Of a stretch of DNA of 64,000 nucleotides, positions 10,791 through 20,569 are shown in pieces. The stretch comes from an uncultured Verrucomicrobiae bacterium (GTDB taxonomy: Bacteria; Verrucomicrobiota; Verrucomicrobiia; Chthoniobacterales; UBA10450). Position 1 is the stretch's first letter; each line of letters starts with the position of its first letter. The notes below the pieces were generated by a model. The model made no database searches. It saw only the letters and a program-made list of their open reading frames with translations, and was not told where the DNA came from. Both the position numbers and the translations under genes were made by a program. The stretch spans positions 1 to 64,000 of the forward strand of contig CAVYXA010000002.1 in NCBI GenBank assembly GCA_963772365.1, written 5' to 3'.

Positions 10791-11645
10791 TTACGCCACG
10801 CCGAGCGCCGACACCGTTGGTTCATCAATAGTGGAAGTGACCGCTAATCCGTGGTCGAACTGGAACGCGGCCAGGGCCCGTCGAGTCATTGGTCCTAGGA
10901 TTCCGTCGATGGCTCCGACGTAATATCCATCGCGTTGCAGTTGGACCTGCACGTTTACGACGATCTCGCGCGGTGTGAGAGAGGCGTATCCGGTATAGAT
11001 TGGCCCGTCATAGGAGTAATACGCATAAGGAGCGTAGCCCCAGGCTGGATACCAATAGCCCGAATTCCAATACCACCAGCCGCCACTCACAAAGACGATC
11101 CGGTCGTAATGATGCCGGTACCAATCGCGACTGTGACGGTGTCTCTCATAATTTCGAAACGCAGCGTAATGCCGCCCCGAAAATCGCTCACCGTTCCAGT
11201 TATTGGTGACATGGACTCGACCCGACCGGACGACCCGCCGTGTACGACTTGCGCGAGGATTGTGCTCCCGATTTATCATCGCGACATTATTCCGTTCTCG
11301 AATGGTGCGCCGATTCGTCCTCGCGATCTGTCGGTGATGTGCCGTCCGCCGATTCGAAGCATTCAACTGTCGCGTCGCATGCTCACGACTTGCGTGGAAG
11401 CTTCGGCGATTCACAACGGCGTGCGATCTTGCACTTCTCACCGCATTTCGGTGATGAGCAATTCGGTGCTGAACAGTTCTGTGTCCACGACTTCTCACGG
11501 CTGCTTTCGCGTGCCCATGCGCGGCTGCGACGTGCTGAGCAGACCGTCCTCTGTGCCCTTTATGTTTATCCTTCGCTAATGCACCGGGAGCACATAACGC
11601 CAGAGCGATGCTGCCGATGCACATTGAATGTAGAAGTTTTTTCAT
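10791..11645 (-). CDS. Secreted peptidoglycan-binding protein, paralogue of the neighbour
   Basis: MKKLLHSMC signal peptide; GWWYWNSGYWYPAWGY; VQVQLQRDGYYVGAIDGILGPMTRRAL. Confidence 0.85.
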   Translation of the reverse strand: MKKLLHSMCIGSIALALCAPGALAKDKHKGHRGRSAQHVAAAHGHAKAAVRSRGHRTVQHRIAHHRNAVRSARSHAVVNRRSFHASREHATRQLNASNRRTAHHRQIARTNRRTIRERNNVAMINREHNPRASRTRRVVRSGRVHVTNNWNGERFSGRHYAAFRNYERHRHSRDWYRHHYDRIVFVSGGWWYWNSGYWYPAWGYAPYAYYSYDGPIYTGYASLTPREIVVNVQVQLQRDGYYVGAIDGILGPMTRRALAAFQFDHGLAVTSTIDEPTVSALGVA

Positions 11646-11823
11646 GATTTCTTCCCTTTCTTGTCCTTTTAGTTCGACACCGGGTTTGCCCGGATTATTC
11701 ATCATCGCCTGAAAAGGGCGATGACTCGCCCGGCGTCTTCCCTCTCTAATAAAATCGTTTGCAGAAGCTGTTTCGGATGCGCCGTGACAGAACACAAACC
11801 GCAGCTGACTCGCCTTCTGCGCT

Positions 11824-12268
11824 TTAGCGAAGTTGGCGGACGGCTTCGAAAAGGACGATGGCCACTGCGGTGGCGAGATTCAGACTTCGCGTTCCCTGCA
11901 TCGGTATGGTGAGACAATTGTCGATATTGGCCACGAGCAAATTTTCCGGCAGCCCTTTTGTTTCACGTCCGAATACGAGAAAATCGCCTCGCTGGAATTT
12001 CACGTCCCAGGTACGCGCGCTTCGTTTTGGTTGTCAGAAAAAAATAACGCGCATCGGCATGTTGCCGTCGCAATTCATCAAACGATTTCCACACCTGCAC
12101 ATCCACTTCATCCCAATAATCGAGGCCGGCCCGCTTCAGTTGGCGATCCTCCAGCGAAAAGCCGAGTGGCTGGATCAAATGCAATGTCGATCCTGTCGCC
12201 AGACAAAGCCGTCCGATATTGCCGGTATTCGGCGGAATCTCCGGCTCGACCAGAACGATATTGAACAT
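11824..12268 (-). CDS. trmL: tRNA (cytidine/uridine-2'-O)-methyltransferase TrmL, with a 1-nt frameshift near 12010
   Basis: EPEIPPNTGNIGRLC and LKRAGLDYW in one frame; FGRETKGLP...RSLNLATAV in the shifted frame. Confidence 0.85.
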
Positions 12269-12354
12269 GTCGGCATCCAGCCTCACCGGTCCGGCAGCTG
12301 CCGGGTCCGCCTCTCCCTCGCCAGGGAGAGGATTGAGGTGAGGGTCGCGATTTG

Positions 12355-13350
12355 CTAGAGCTTCGACGCCACGAATTTCTCCAGCTTCACCACATCTGCC
12401 GCGAACTTTCGAATTCCTTCGCCCGTCTTTTCGTAGGCCATCGCGTCATCGTTCAACAGCCAGCGAAATTTTTTCTCATCCAGCTCCAGCTTGTCGATCT
12501 TTGCGGACATCGATTTTTCCGGGCCTAATTTTCGCTCCACCGGTTCGTTCGATTTCGAAAGCTCCTCCATCAATTCCGGACTGATCGTCAGGCAATCGCA
12601 TCCTGCCAACTCGAGGATCTGGCCGGTATTGCGAAAACTCGCCCCCATCACCTCGGTGGGGATCCCGAACTTCTTGTAATAAGCGTAAATCTCGGTGACC
12701 GACTGCACGCCGGGATCTTCCGGCCCTTTGTAATCCCGCTTCTCGTGCGCCTTGTACCAATCGTAAATCCGGCCCACGAATGGCGAGATCAGTTGCACCT
12801 TCGCTTCGGCCGCGCGCACCGCCTGCGGCAGCGAAAACATCAAGGTCAGATTGCAGCGGATCCCTTCTTTTTGCAGTTGCTCGGCGGCTGCGAGTCCTTC
12901 CCATGTCGATGCGATTTTGATCAATACGCGTTCGCGCGGAATCTTCCGATCTTCATAAAGCTTGACTAACCGCCGCGCTTTATCGATCGAACCTTCGACG
13001 TCGTACGACAATCGCGCATCGGTCTCAGTCGAAACACGTCCCGGCACGATCCCGAGAATATCGGTCCCGAACTGGACCAGCAGATGATCGCAAATGTCCT
13101 CGATCTGTTCCTGACCGCTTAAGCCCGAGTTTTTGCGATCCTCCAGCACTTGATCGATCAAATGCCCGTACTGCTCCTTTTGCGTGGCCGCAAAGACCAG
13201 ACTCGGGTTGGTCGTCGCGTCTTGCGGCTTGAACTCCTTCATCGTTTCGAAGTCCGCCGTGTCGGCAACTATTTTGGTAAACTTCTTGATTTGCTCGAGC
13301 TGATTCAATTTCGTTCCGGCTTTCTTTTCTTCGGCAACAACGGTGCTCAT
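12355..13350 (-). CDS. tal: Transaldolase
   Basis: [36 protein letters not shown]. Confidence 0.95.
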   Translation of the reverse strand: MSTVVAEEKKAGTKLNQLEQIKKFTKIVADTADFETMKEFKPQDATTNPSLVFAATQKEQYGHLIDQVLEDRKNSGLSGQEQIEDICDHLLVQFGTDILGIVPGRVSTETDARLSYDVEGSIDKARRLVKLYEDRKIPRERVLIKIASTWEGLAAAEQLQKEGIRCNLTLMFSLPQAVRAAEAKVQLISPFVGRIYDWYKAHEKRDYKGPEDPGVQSVTEIYAYYKKFGIPTEVMGASFRNTGQILELAGCDCLTISPELMEELSKSNEPVERKLGPEKSMSAKIDKLELDEKKFRWLLNDDAMAYEKTGEGIRKFAADVVKLEKFVASKL

Positions 13351-13557
13351 AATAAATGCTCCATTCGGTTTGAATTTCTGTAGGGGAAGCTGACAGCTTC
13401 CCAACTTTCAAAAACGGGAACCCATCGCCAGTCCGGCTGGGACATTCCCCTACAGTCTTCTTGAAAAACGTACGCCTCGAATTCGAGATCGACAATCGGA
13501 AATCTGTAGCGGCCGTCTATGACCGCCGAATTGTAGGGCAACCGCAACGATTGCCGA

Positions 13558-14259
13558 TCAGGATCGACGCAGCATCCTAACGCGATCGCGTCCGCCTTTG
13601 GCGTCGCGAATAGTGATTTGCAAGTAACCAAAATCGACATCTTTGATTCGTAAGCGCACACACTCGCTTAATCGCAGACCGCATCCGTACAGCAAGTTCG
13701 CCATTAGTCGCGCAGTACCGTGCAATTTGTTCAGCACCGAGCGCGCCTCCTGTTTGGTAAACACCACCGGCAATTTCGCCGGGCGTTTAGCCCGCTCCCC
13801 GTCCTCGATCCACGGCAGTTCCTGCTGCAGCACATCGCGGTAGAGAAAAAGCAAAGCCGAAAACGCCTGGTTCTGCGTCGAGGCAGCCACACCTCCCTTC
13901 ACCGCTAAATGGGAGAGGAACTCGCGCACCTCACCTGCCCCCATCGTCTCTGGATGCCGCCACAGCAACACGGGCATCCTGTCCGCCAGTCGACCGGACT
14001 CGTCCTTTGGCGGGCCTGCCGCCAGATTCGTTTCGCGCCCGGCATGGAATCGCAAAAATCGCTTAATCCAATCGACGTAACTGTGCTCGGTCCGAAGCGA
14101 ATAATGCTTGAGGCGAAGCACCGCCCGAACGCGGTCGAGCAGTTTCTCCTTGCCGGGTTCGGCCGGCGTTTGTAGTCTCGATTCGATGGGGCTTTTTACT
14201 CTGTCTTGCCCTGTGAGATCAAGAATTAGGCTGCGGACTGCCGCCTTTTTTTGCGGCAA
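13558..14259 (-). pseudogene. intI: Integron integrase IntI, C-terminally truncated
   Basis: LLDRVR..LKHYSLRTE..Y..WIKRF, VAASTQNQAFSALLFLY, LYGCGLRLSEC, DAKGGRDR, then stops; no HxLRH or catalytic Tyr; divergent from attI and cassettes. Confidence 0.88.
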
Positions 14260-14283
14260 AATGCAGCCGAATTATAGTTAGGT
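14255..14283 (+). other. attI site of integron 1
   Basis: AATTATAG/TTAGGT; core GTTAGGT (14277-14283) is complementary to the ACCTAAC that starts the first attC; left boundary approximate. Confidence 0.7.
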
Positions 14284-14290
14284 CTACGAC

Positions 14291-14515
14291 ATGAAGCGCA
14301 CACTTTTGGCCGTCGCTTTTGCAGTGCTTCTGTCCATGATGCTGATCCCGCGGTCGCATTGCAGGCGCTATGGTTGCGACGCACCAGCGGAATGGCTGCC
14401 GTTTTTTCTGAGCAGCCAATGGGGAAGAGATATTAACTGGCAGTATTTTGGTCTCCAAACGGCGTTCGGTGCGATCCTCCTGTCCGTTATCGTCAACCTT
14501 CGCTCTCGAAAATGA
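14291..14515 (+). CDS. Gene cassette 1, small membrane protein
   Basis: 74 aa with two hydrophobic segments, lies between attI and attC. Confidence 0.65.
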   Translation: MKRTLLAVAFAVLLSMMLIPRSHCRRYGCDAPAEWLPFFLSSQWGRDINWQYFGLQTAFGAILLSVIVNLRSRK

Positions 14516-14536
14516 AGTGGAAACGGACATCATCAG

Positions 14537-14660
14537 ACCTAACCATGCGATGGAGCGAACGGCGGACCGCTCTGCGCTCCACTTTTGAGATGACTTCCAC
14601 ACTTCCGCTCCGAGTCACGCGCGCCCTCGTCCGCCGTCGCTCATCTTGTTCTCGTTAGGC
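14537..14660 (+). other. attC site
   Basis: R'' ACCTAAC ... R' GTTAGGC; imperfect palindrome ATGGAGCGAACGGCGGAC / GTCCGCCGTCGCTCAT. Confidence 0.88.
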
Positions 14661-14682
14661 CTTGAACCTCGTCACTTGCATC

Positions 14683-15495
14683 ATGAATGCCGAGCTCGCG
14701 AAGTATCAGAGCCTGGGGGATCTCACCAAGCTCCTTATCGGCGGTATTATCGGTTTTTTCATTGGAATCTTTACTCGTTGGCCCCTCGAGAAGCTCGCAG
14801 AGCGCCGTTCTTTAGTTAAGAGCATGGGCGACCGCTACATTACGGATGCGCAAGCGCACTCCAGTCAACAAGATGACGAGTTCTGGCGCATCGGTATGGT
14901 CCAGAAGGTAGGCGCCGCAGATCTCAGCGCACGTGAGTTGTCTCGCCTTTGTCATCGGATTACCGTGCATGGTTTACGGGACCCACGAGACCGGCAGATA
15001 TCTACGATTTTTTCCGATCGTCGTCGCTCCTTGCGAGGCCTCTTACGTTGGGCTTCCCAGGAGAGCTTCGACTTGAGTGACTCGACTGCGCTTTTGCAAC
15101 GCCACATTGAGGAGGGTGGACACCCGCAGCGCGACCTCCTATGCAACGGGATGAGCGGCTTCCTTTTCTGGTGTCTTCCGTGGCTTGCGTTCGCTCTTGG
15201 TTGGGCTGTATCGCCCATCTGGAGAACCGTTCTATGGACCGCGTCCCTGGGTGTCATGGGGACAATATGTCTGTTTAACGCTTCCCAATGCGGCCGCGTC
15301 CACTGCCGCTTCACTGGCCCGTTTTTCATCCTTGGTGCTCTTGCCTCCCTTGGATACGGTCTCGGATTTTTGCCGTTTGGACCGTTCGGATGGAAATGGA
15401 TTTGCGCCGTAACAGTTATTGGCGGTATCGCCCTCACCTGCATTCCAGAACTCATTCTCGGTCGCTATCGGCGAAATGGACTAGACGCGCCCTAA
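14683..15495 (+). CDS. Gene cassette 2, membrane protein, probably a two-part fusion
   Basis: Mostly hydrophilic N half; multi-TM C half with CLFNASQCGRVHC motif; stop overlaps attC R''. Confidence 0.65.
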   Translation: MNAELAKYQSLGDLTKLLIGGIIGFFIGIFTRWPLEKLAERRSLVKSMGDRYITDAQAHSSQQDDEFWRIGMVQKVGAADLSARELSRLCHRITVHGLRDPRDRQISTIFSDRRRSLRGLLRWASQESFDLSDSTALLQRHIEEGGHPQRDLLCNGMSGFLFWCLPWLAFALGWAVSPIWRTVLWTASLGVMGTICLFNASQCGRVHCRFTGPFFILGALASLGYGLGFLPFGPFGWKWICAVTVIGGIALTCIPELILGRYRRNGLDAP

Positions 15496-15585
15496 CCAAT
15501 CGATGAAGCCAACGGCCCCATGGCGAAATAAGTTCAGCGTGTTTGCGACGCCACCCTGCCGTGGCTTATCTCTTTTTCGTAAGAT
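15490..15585 (+). other. attC site with degenerate R' (GTAAGAT)
   Basis: CCCTAACCAATCGATGAAGCCAACGG ... CCGTGGCTTATCTCTTTTTCGTAAGAT. Confidence 0.72.
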
Positions 15586-15600
15586 GATGGGGCCAAGCCT

Positions 15601-15853
15601 ATGAACCACTCTGTTCCGCGATGCTTATTTCGTCGGTCACTCTCAATCGCACAGGCGACGATGACAACTTTGAGTCTCTCTCTCTTTGCGACGGCAATAA
15701 GCTATTCAGAGAGCGAAGCGTCTGGTGCGACCAAGCCTTTTCTGGTGTTCGAACACACGGAGTCGCCCGATGGCCGCTATGCCGTGGCATGGGGACTACC
15801 GAAGCATCCCGATATTTGGACGAAGGTGTGCGAGGGCCGCGCAGGGGTCAGAG
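15601..15853 (+). pseudogene. Gene cassette 3 remnant, interrupted by IS3
   Basis: ESPDGRYAVAWG motif; ORF runs into the IS end; no attC found after the IS. Confidence 0.55.
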
Positions 15854-15897
15854 TGGGCTTGCATTGATTTTTCGGACAGTTAGGTAGGGATCAATTC

Positions 15898-16746
15898 CTA
15901 TAGTCTATTTTTGTTAGTTTTGTTTTTGATTTCGAAATTAATCGGACTGGTGTAGGCAAGGCTGGAGTGCAGTCTGATGCGGTTGTAGAAGGTTTCAATG
16001 TAGCCGAAGACGGCGGTGCGAGCCTGTGCGCGAGTAGCGAAGCGCTGGTCGTAGACCAGTTCGTATTTGAGGCTGCTCCAGAAGGATTCGATGAAAGCAT
16101 TGTCGTAGCAGTTATCGGCGCGACTCATGGAAGCAATGAGTTGGTGCTGCGAGAGGACCTGCCGGTAAGCGGCGCTGGCAAACTGGCTGCCGCGATCGGA
16201 GTGAAGGATGAGGGAGCGGGCGGGACGACGTTGATTTAAGGCCATGCGCAGAGCGCTGATGGCCAGTGGCGCATCCAGGATGGGGCTCATGGCCCAACCC
16301 ACCACCCGCCGGCTAAAGAGGTCCAGCACTGCGACCAGGTAAAGCCAACCTTCAGCGGTCAAGATGCCAGTGGCATCAGTGGCCCAGACCTGATCGCGCG
16401 CTTGTACCTTGAGATGGCGCAGACGGTGCGGTGCGATGGGGCCACCGTGAGCGCTATCGGTGGTTTTGACCCGATACTTGGAACGCTGCCGAGCGAAAAG
16501 TCTTTGTGCGCGCATCAGCCGAGCAATGCGATTGCGTCTTCCTGGACAGCCCAGAGCATGCGCTAGCCGTGGACTGCCGTAGGTGTGGCGACTGCGGACA
16601 AACTCCTGCCGGATCTGCTCGACCAGGCGAGCGTTATCTAACTGGCGCGCTCCTGGATGATGGTGCCGCTGCTTCCAATCATAGAAGCCGCTGCGCGAAA
16701 CGAGCAAAGCTTCGCACAAGCGGGCGATCTTATATTGCCCACTCAT
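15898..16746 (-). CDS. IS3 transposase OrfB (DDE)
   Basis: WATDAT, LDLFSRRVVGW, HSDRGSQF, DNAFIESFWSSLK. Confidence 0.93.
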   Translation of the reverse strand: MSGQYKIARLCEALLVSRSGFYDWKQRHHHPGARQLDNARLVEQIRQEFVRSRHTYGSPRLAHALGCPGRRNRIARLMRAQRLFARQRSKYRVKTTDSAHGGPIAPHRLRHLKVQARDQVWATDATGILTAEGWLYLVAVLDLFSRRVVGWAMSPILDAPLAISALRMALNQRRPARSLILHSDRGSQFASAAYRQVLSQHQLIASMSRADNCYDNAFIESFWSSLKYELVYDQRFATRAQARTAVFGYIETFYNRIRLHSSLAYTSPINFEIKNKTNKNRL

Positions 16747-17093
16747 ACCTTCGACTTGGACGTAGCGCTCGGCGGCGCTTCGGAGAGGATGCCCAGAGAC
16801 TTTTTTAAAATGTCCCTCTGCTCAAGAAGCCTGGCGTTTTCGGCCCGTAAGAATTGGTTCTCCCGCTCCAGTTCTTCCATGCTGCGCCTTGGCTTGGCTG
16901 CTGCGCTCGGGCCGCTCTGAGGCAAGCGCTCCAAGCGTGCCCAGCGATAAAGCAACGGAGGACGAATCCCCAGCTCGGCCGCCACTTTGGCCGCACTGCG
17001 ACCACTGGCGCGCCAAAGCTCCAGCGCCTGCTGCTTATACTCTTCGGTGTAGTTTGCCCGGTTGCGAACCGGTTTACTTAACTGCGTCTTCAT
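16743..17093 (-). CDS. IS3 transposase OrfA (HTH plus leucine zipper)
   Basis: YTEEYKQQAL, VAAELGI, ELERENQFLRAEN; A-AAA-AAG slippery heptamer at 16800-16806. Confidence 0.9.
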   Translation of the reverse strand: MKTQLSKPVRNRANYTEEYKQQALELWRASGRSAAKVAAELGIRPPLLYRWARLERLPQSGPSAAAKPRRSMEELERENQFLRAENARLLEQRDILKKSLGILSEAPPSATSKSKV

Positions 17094-17315
17094 GTGGACT
17101 CTCCTTCGGGTTTTGACCCTAAGCCCACCGTCCGTCAAATCAGGGCAAGCCTAGAGCTTACTATCGATACTGCTTTTCTCTTGATTCTGGCGCCGTAACT
17201 GAGCTGCGATCGATTCAATCCTTGTAAGGATCGACCCGCCTTCGCCGAAGCTACGGCGCGGTATAAGCAGCAATTGACTCTCTTGCGACGGCAAATGCTC
17301 CGATGCGTTGCAGCG

Positions 17316-18497
17316 TCAATCTTTGTAAGGATCGACAATGTCGCGTCCGGCCATGGCGACACCGAGCGGATGCAGCGTGTGCAAAACGCGGATCGTGCCG
17401 GCGTGCGCGGCGAGTACATCGGGCAGGCGTCGGTAGGCTTGCGGCGCTTCATCCAGATCGCCGCCGCGCAAAACGATATGCCGATCATGCAGCCATTTCA
17501 TCATTTCGTCGTGCCGGACGAGTCCGTCCTGGCGAATCCGTTTGTTGCCGACCTTGACGAAACGTCCTTTGGCCGCGGTGCGCGACATGATCCGGCCCGC
17601 GCCGTGAACGGTTGAGAACAACGCATTTCTCGAAACTGGCGAGTCGATCCCTTCGATGATCACTGCGTCGTCACCCATGCTGCCGCCGACAAATCCTTTT
17701 TGTCCCGGGAACGCCGGTGTCGCGCCTTTGCGCACGACCCAGTATTTGTCGCCATCATGCTTTTCGCGCCAGGCAAAGTTGTGATGGTTGTGCACTTCCT
17801 CGAGAATTTTCGCGCCCAGAATGTTCCGAACGACGTGACGCGCCACTGCCTCGCGCCCGGCATAAGCATAACGCCCGGCCAGATGCATCCCGGCAAGGTA
17901 ATCCTGCCCGATCTCGGAGTTCTCTTCGACAACGGTCGGCGGCACATCCATTCCATCTTTTCCACCGGCGGCCTTTAGAAAATGCGTGGCTGTTTTGTGA
18001 CCGAGCCCGCGTGAGCCGAAATGCACTCCCACCCAGATTCGATCCTGTTCATCCGCGAAAAGATCGACATAATGATTCCCGCCGCCGACGGTCCCGAGTT
18101 GATCGCGGGCCAGCTCTTTCAAACTTCCGATCGGCTTTAATTCCCACGCCGGATCGTCGAACAATTCGTGTTCCACCCGCGTTTTGCTTTTGCGACCAAT
18201 TCCAAACGAAATGTCGCGGACCACGTCGTCCATGATCTTCTCGATCCTGGGAGCGATCTCGTCGCGCTTCGCGTCGGTCAGAATGGCCAGATTGCCACAG
18301 GCGATATCGAACCCAACGCCGCTGAGGGAAATTTTGCCTTTGTAAGCAACCACGCCGCCGATCGGTTGGGCGTAGCCTTTATGGCCATCGGCACAGAGCA
18401 CGCCGCGTTCGCCTCCAGCCGCGACGCAGGTTTCGATTTGTTTGATTGTGCCTTCGTCGTGCTGGCCAAAGATTTTGGTCTTCGCCTCTGTTGACAC
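17316..18497 (-). CDS. rtcB: RNA-splicing/repair ligase RtcB
   Basis: DGHKGYAQPIG, GFDIACG, GTVGGGNHY, HFGSRGLG, HNHHN, HGAGRIMSR, DEAPQAYR. Confidence 0.93.
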   Translation of the reverse strand: MSTEAKTKIFGQHDEGTIKQIETCVAAGGERGVLCADGHKGYAQPIGGVVAYKGKISLSGVGFDIACGNLAILTDAKRDEIAPRIEKIMDDVVRDISFGIGRKSKTRVEHELFDDPAWELKPIGSLKELARDQLGTVGGGNHYVDLFADEQDRIWVGVHFGSRGLGHKTATHFLKAAGGKDGMDVPPTVVEENSEIGQDYLAGMHLAGRYAYAGREAVARHVVRNILGAKILEEVHNHHNFAWREKHDGDKYWVVRKGATPAFPGQKGFVGGSMGDDAVIIEGIDSPVSRNALFSTVHGAGRIMSRTAAKGRFVKVGNKRIRQDGLVRHDEMMKWLHDRHIVLRGGDLDEAPQAYRRLPDVLAAHAGTIRVLHTLHPLGVAMAGRDIVDPYKD

Positions 18498-18584
18498 GAA
18501 TCAACCTAGAGCAGACGTGAATCGCCGCAATGGCGGCGCGCTTGGCGATCGCGCGCTACCAGTCAATGGAAACGTGGCCGCGCT

Positions 18585-19112
18585 TTACTTTAAAGACTTT
18601 GTGGCGACGACTCGCCATGCATCGACATCGCCTTTGCTCCGGATTGGCGAAGAGCAGCGCACTGCTTTAATCGAATCGAACACGATTTGGGAAAACGGCA
18701 GGCTAACAGCGGCGGACAGACTTCGCCGAGTCGCGCCCGACAGGTTTTTATAAAGCAGGCTCAGGTGAGGATCGGGAGCGTTGCCGGAAAATTTCGTGAC
18801 GCGGCGCAGACCTGCGACCAATTGCTGCAGCGATTTGTTTGGTTGCAGCCGCACGAACATCGTTTTCAGATATTCTGCTGAAGTACCGATTCCGCGGACG
18901 CTTAAGGCGATCGGCTGGGCTTTGATCCTGGCCAGAATCCTTTTGGGCGATTGTCGATTCTCCGGCATCGAAAAAATGGTCACGTGCGGTTCGAAGCGTG
19001 GTGCTCGCATTTGGACCGCCAGAATGCGAATGAGCTCGTTGAATAACTCGCGCTCCGGCTTGGCCGGCACCAGCCAGTAGGCGATAATGGTTTCTTGCTC
19101 CTTAGCTTTCAT
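18585..19112 (-). CDS. 2H phosphoesterase (cyclic phosphodiesterase-like)
   Basis: Two Hx(T/S) motifs: FEPHVTI and PHLSLLY. Confidence 0.8.
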   Translation of the reverse strand: MKAKEQETIIAYWLVPAKPERELFNELIRILAVQMRAPRFEPHVTIFSMPENRQSPKRILARIKAQPIALSVRGIGTSAEYLKTMFVRLQPNKSLQQLVAGLRRVTKFSGNAPDPHLSLLYKNLSGATRRSLSAAVSLPFSQIVFDSIKAVRCSSPIRSKGDVDAWRVVATKSLK

Positions 19113-19330
19113 TGACTTGCTGTTCGCCCCGGCGCAACCCTCCGGTGGACGAGAGCGAAGGTTAACAAATGTGGTGTTCCAGAAGCAAGCTAAATCCGGG
19201 AAGAGTTTGGCGGCGGTGCCGTATGCTTTACCAACGCGTTGAGGATAACTCCGAAAGGTTTCGCGAGCGGGTAGCGTTCCACCAGCGCGAATCAAGTGGC
19301 GAAAGACCACGCTAAGGCGCAAATTGAGTT

Positions 19331-20569
19331 GTGCATAAGACTGCCAGTCCAGAGATCGATTGGACCCGTGTTCGCCAGGATTTTCCAATTCTCAATGAGA
19401 AGGCCCATGGCCATTCATTGATTTACTTCGACAACGCTGCCACGTCGCAGAAACCGCAGGCGGTGATCGATGCGCTCCGGAATTATTACGAGCATGAAAA
19501 TGCCAATGTCCATCGTGGTCTGCATTTCTTGAGTAACCGGGCCACGGAACACTACGAGCAAGCCCGACAGCGCGTGGGGACCTACATCAATGCAGCCAGT
19601 TCGGACGAGATCGTGTTCACGCGCGGCACTACCGAAAGCATCAACCTCGTGGCTCAAGCCTGGGGCGAAAAATTTCTTCGGAAAGACGACGTTATTTTAC
19701 TTACGGAAATGGAACATCACAGCAATCTCGTGCCCTGGCAGCTGTTGGCGGAACGCAAAGGCGCGAGCCTGCGGTTCGTGCCCGTGCTCGATGATGGGAC
19801 GCTCGATCTCGATCAGCTTGAATCATTGCTGACACGCGAGGTTAAGCTGTTTGCTTTTACGCACGTCTCGAACTCGCTCGGCACGATCAACCCGGTTGCG
19901 GAACTTTGTCGAAAAGCACGCGCGGCTGGCACCCTGAGTTTAGTGGATGCGGCCCAAGGCGTTGGTCATATGCCAATCGATGTTCAGGAAATGGGCTGCG
20001 ACTTTCTGGCTTTCTCCGGACATAAAATGTGTGGACCAACGGGGATCGGTGTTCTCTACGGACGCGCCGAAGTTCTAGATTCGTTGCCGCCGTGGCAGGG
20101 CGGGGGAGAGATGATTGTCAGCGTTTCACTGGAGAAAAGTTTTTTTAAAAAAGCCCCGCACCGATTCGAAGCGGGCACGCCAATCATCGCCGGCGCGATC
20201 GGGCTGGCTGCTGCTGTCGATTACATCGAGAAAATCGGGCGACCGAAGATTTTTCAGCACGATGTCGATCTTACTCGTTACGCGATGGAACGTTTGGGCG
20301 AGTTGTCTGGTGTTCGCATCCTTGGACCGGAGAAAGAACGCGGCGCGCTCGTCGGATTCGTAATGAAAGCGGCTCATCCGCATGATCTCACCACGTTCGC
20401 CGACCGATACGGTCTGGCCCTCCGGGGCGGACATCATTGCAATCAGCCGCTGATGCGCAGGTTCGGGGTGACCGGGACCACGCGCGCGAGCTTTTATTTT
20501 TACAACACGGTCGAGGAGATCGATCGCATGATCGAAATCCTCCAGAAAGCCGCGCGTTTCTTTTCATGA
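19331..20569 (+). CDS. sufS: SufS-family cysteine desulfurase
   Basis: YFDNAATSQKP, FSGHKMCGPTG, RGGHHCNQPL. Confidence 0.93.
   Translation: MHKTASPEIDWTRVRQDFPILNEKAHGHSLIYFDNAATSQKPQAVIDALRNYYEHENANVHRGLHFLSNRATEHYEQARQRVGTYINAASSDEIVFTRGTTESINLVAQAWGEKFLRKDDVILLTEMEHHSNLVPWQLLAERKGASLRFVPVLDDGTLDLDQLESLLTREVKLFAFTHVSNSLGTINPVAELCRKARAAGTLSLVDAAQGVGHMPIDVQEMGCDFLAFSGHKMCGPTGIGVLYGRAEVLDSLPPWQGGGEMIVSVSLEKSFFKKAPHRFEAGTPIIAGAIGLAAAVDYIEKIGRPKIFQHDVDLTRYAMERLGELSGVRILGPEKERGALVGFVMKAAHPHDLTTFADRYGLALRGGHHCNQPLMRRFGVTGTTRASFYFYNTVEEIDRMIEILQKAARFFS

Larger units (their letters stand above)
15854..17153 (-). mobile_element. IS3-family insertion sequence, 1300 bp, 3-bp target duplication GAG
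   Basis: Imperfect IRs TGGGCTTGCATTGATTTTTCGGACAGT and (reverse complement) TAGGCTTGCCCTGATTTGACGGACGGT; GAG at 15851-15853 and 17154-17156. Confidence 0.9.

Noticed and set aside
14270..14276. TATAAT inside both attI cores as a cassette-dependent promoter for the divergent gene
   Set aside because: No convincing -35 or extended -10 at either locus; cannot be supported from sequence alone
14219..14602. ORFs spanning attC sites (also 46013-46288 and 48203-48574)
   Set aside because: Translations of attC palindromes or antisense to real cassette genes
19113..19330. Riboswitch upstream of sufS
   Set aside because: No recognisable aptamer; the sequence is shared with the repeat at about 44072-44207
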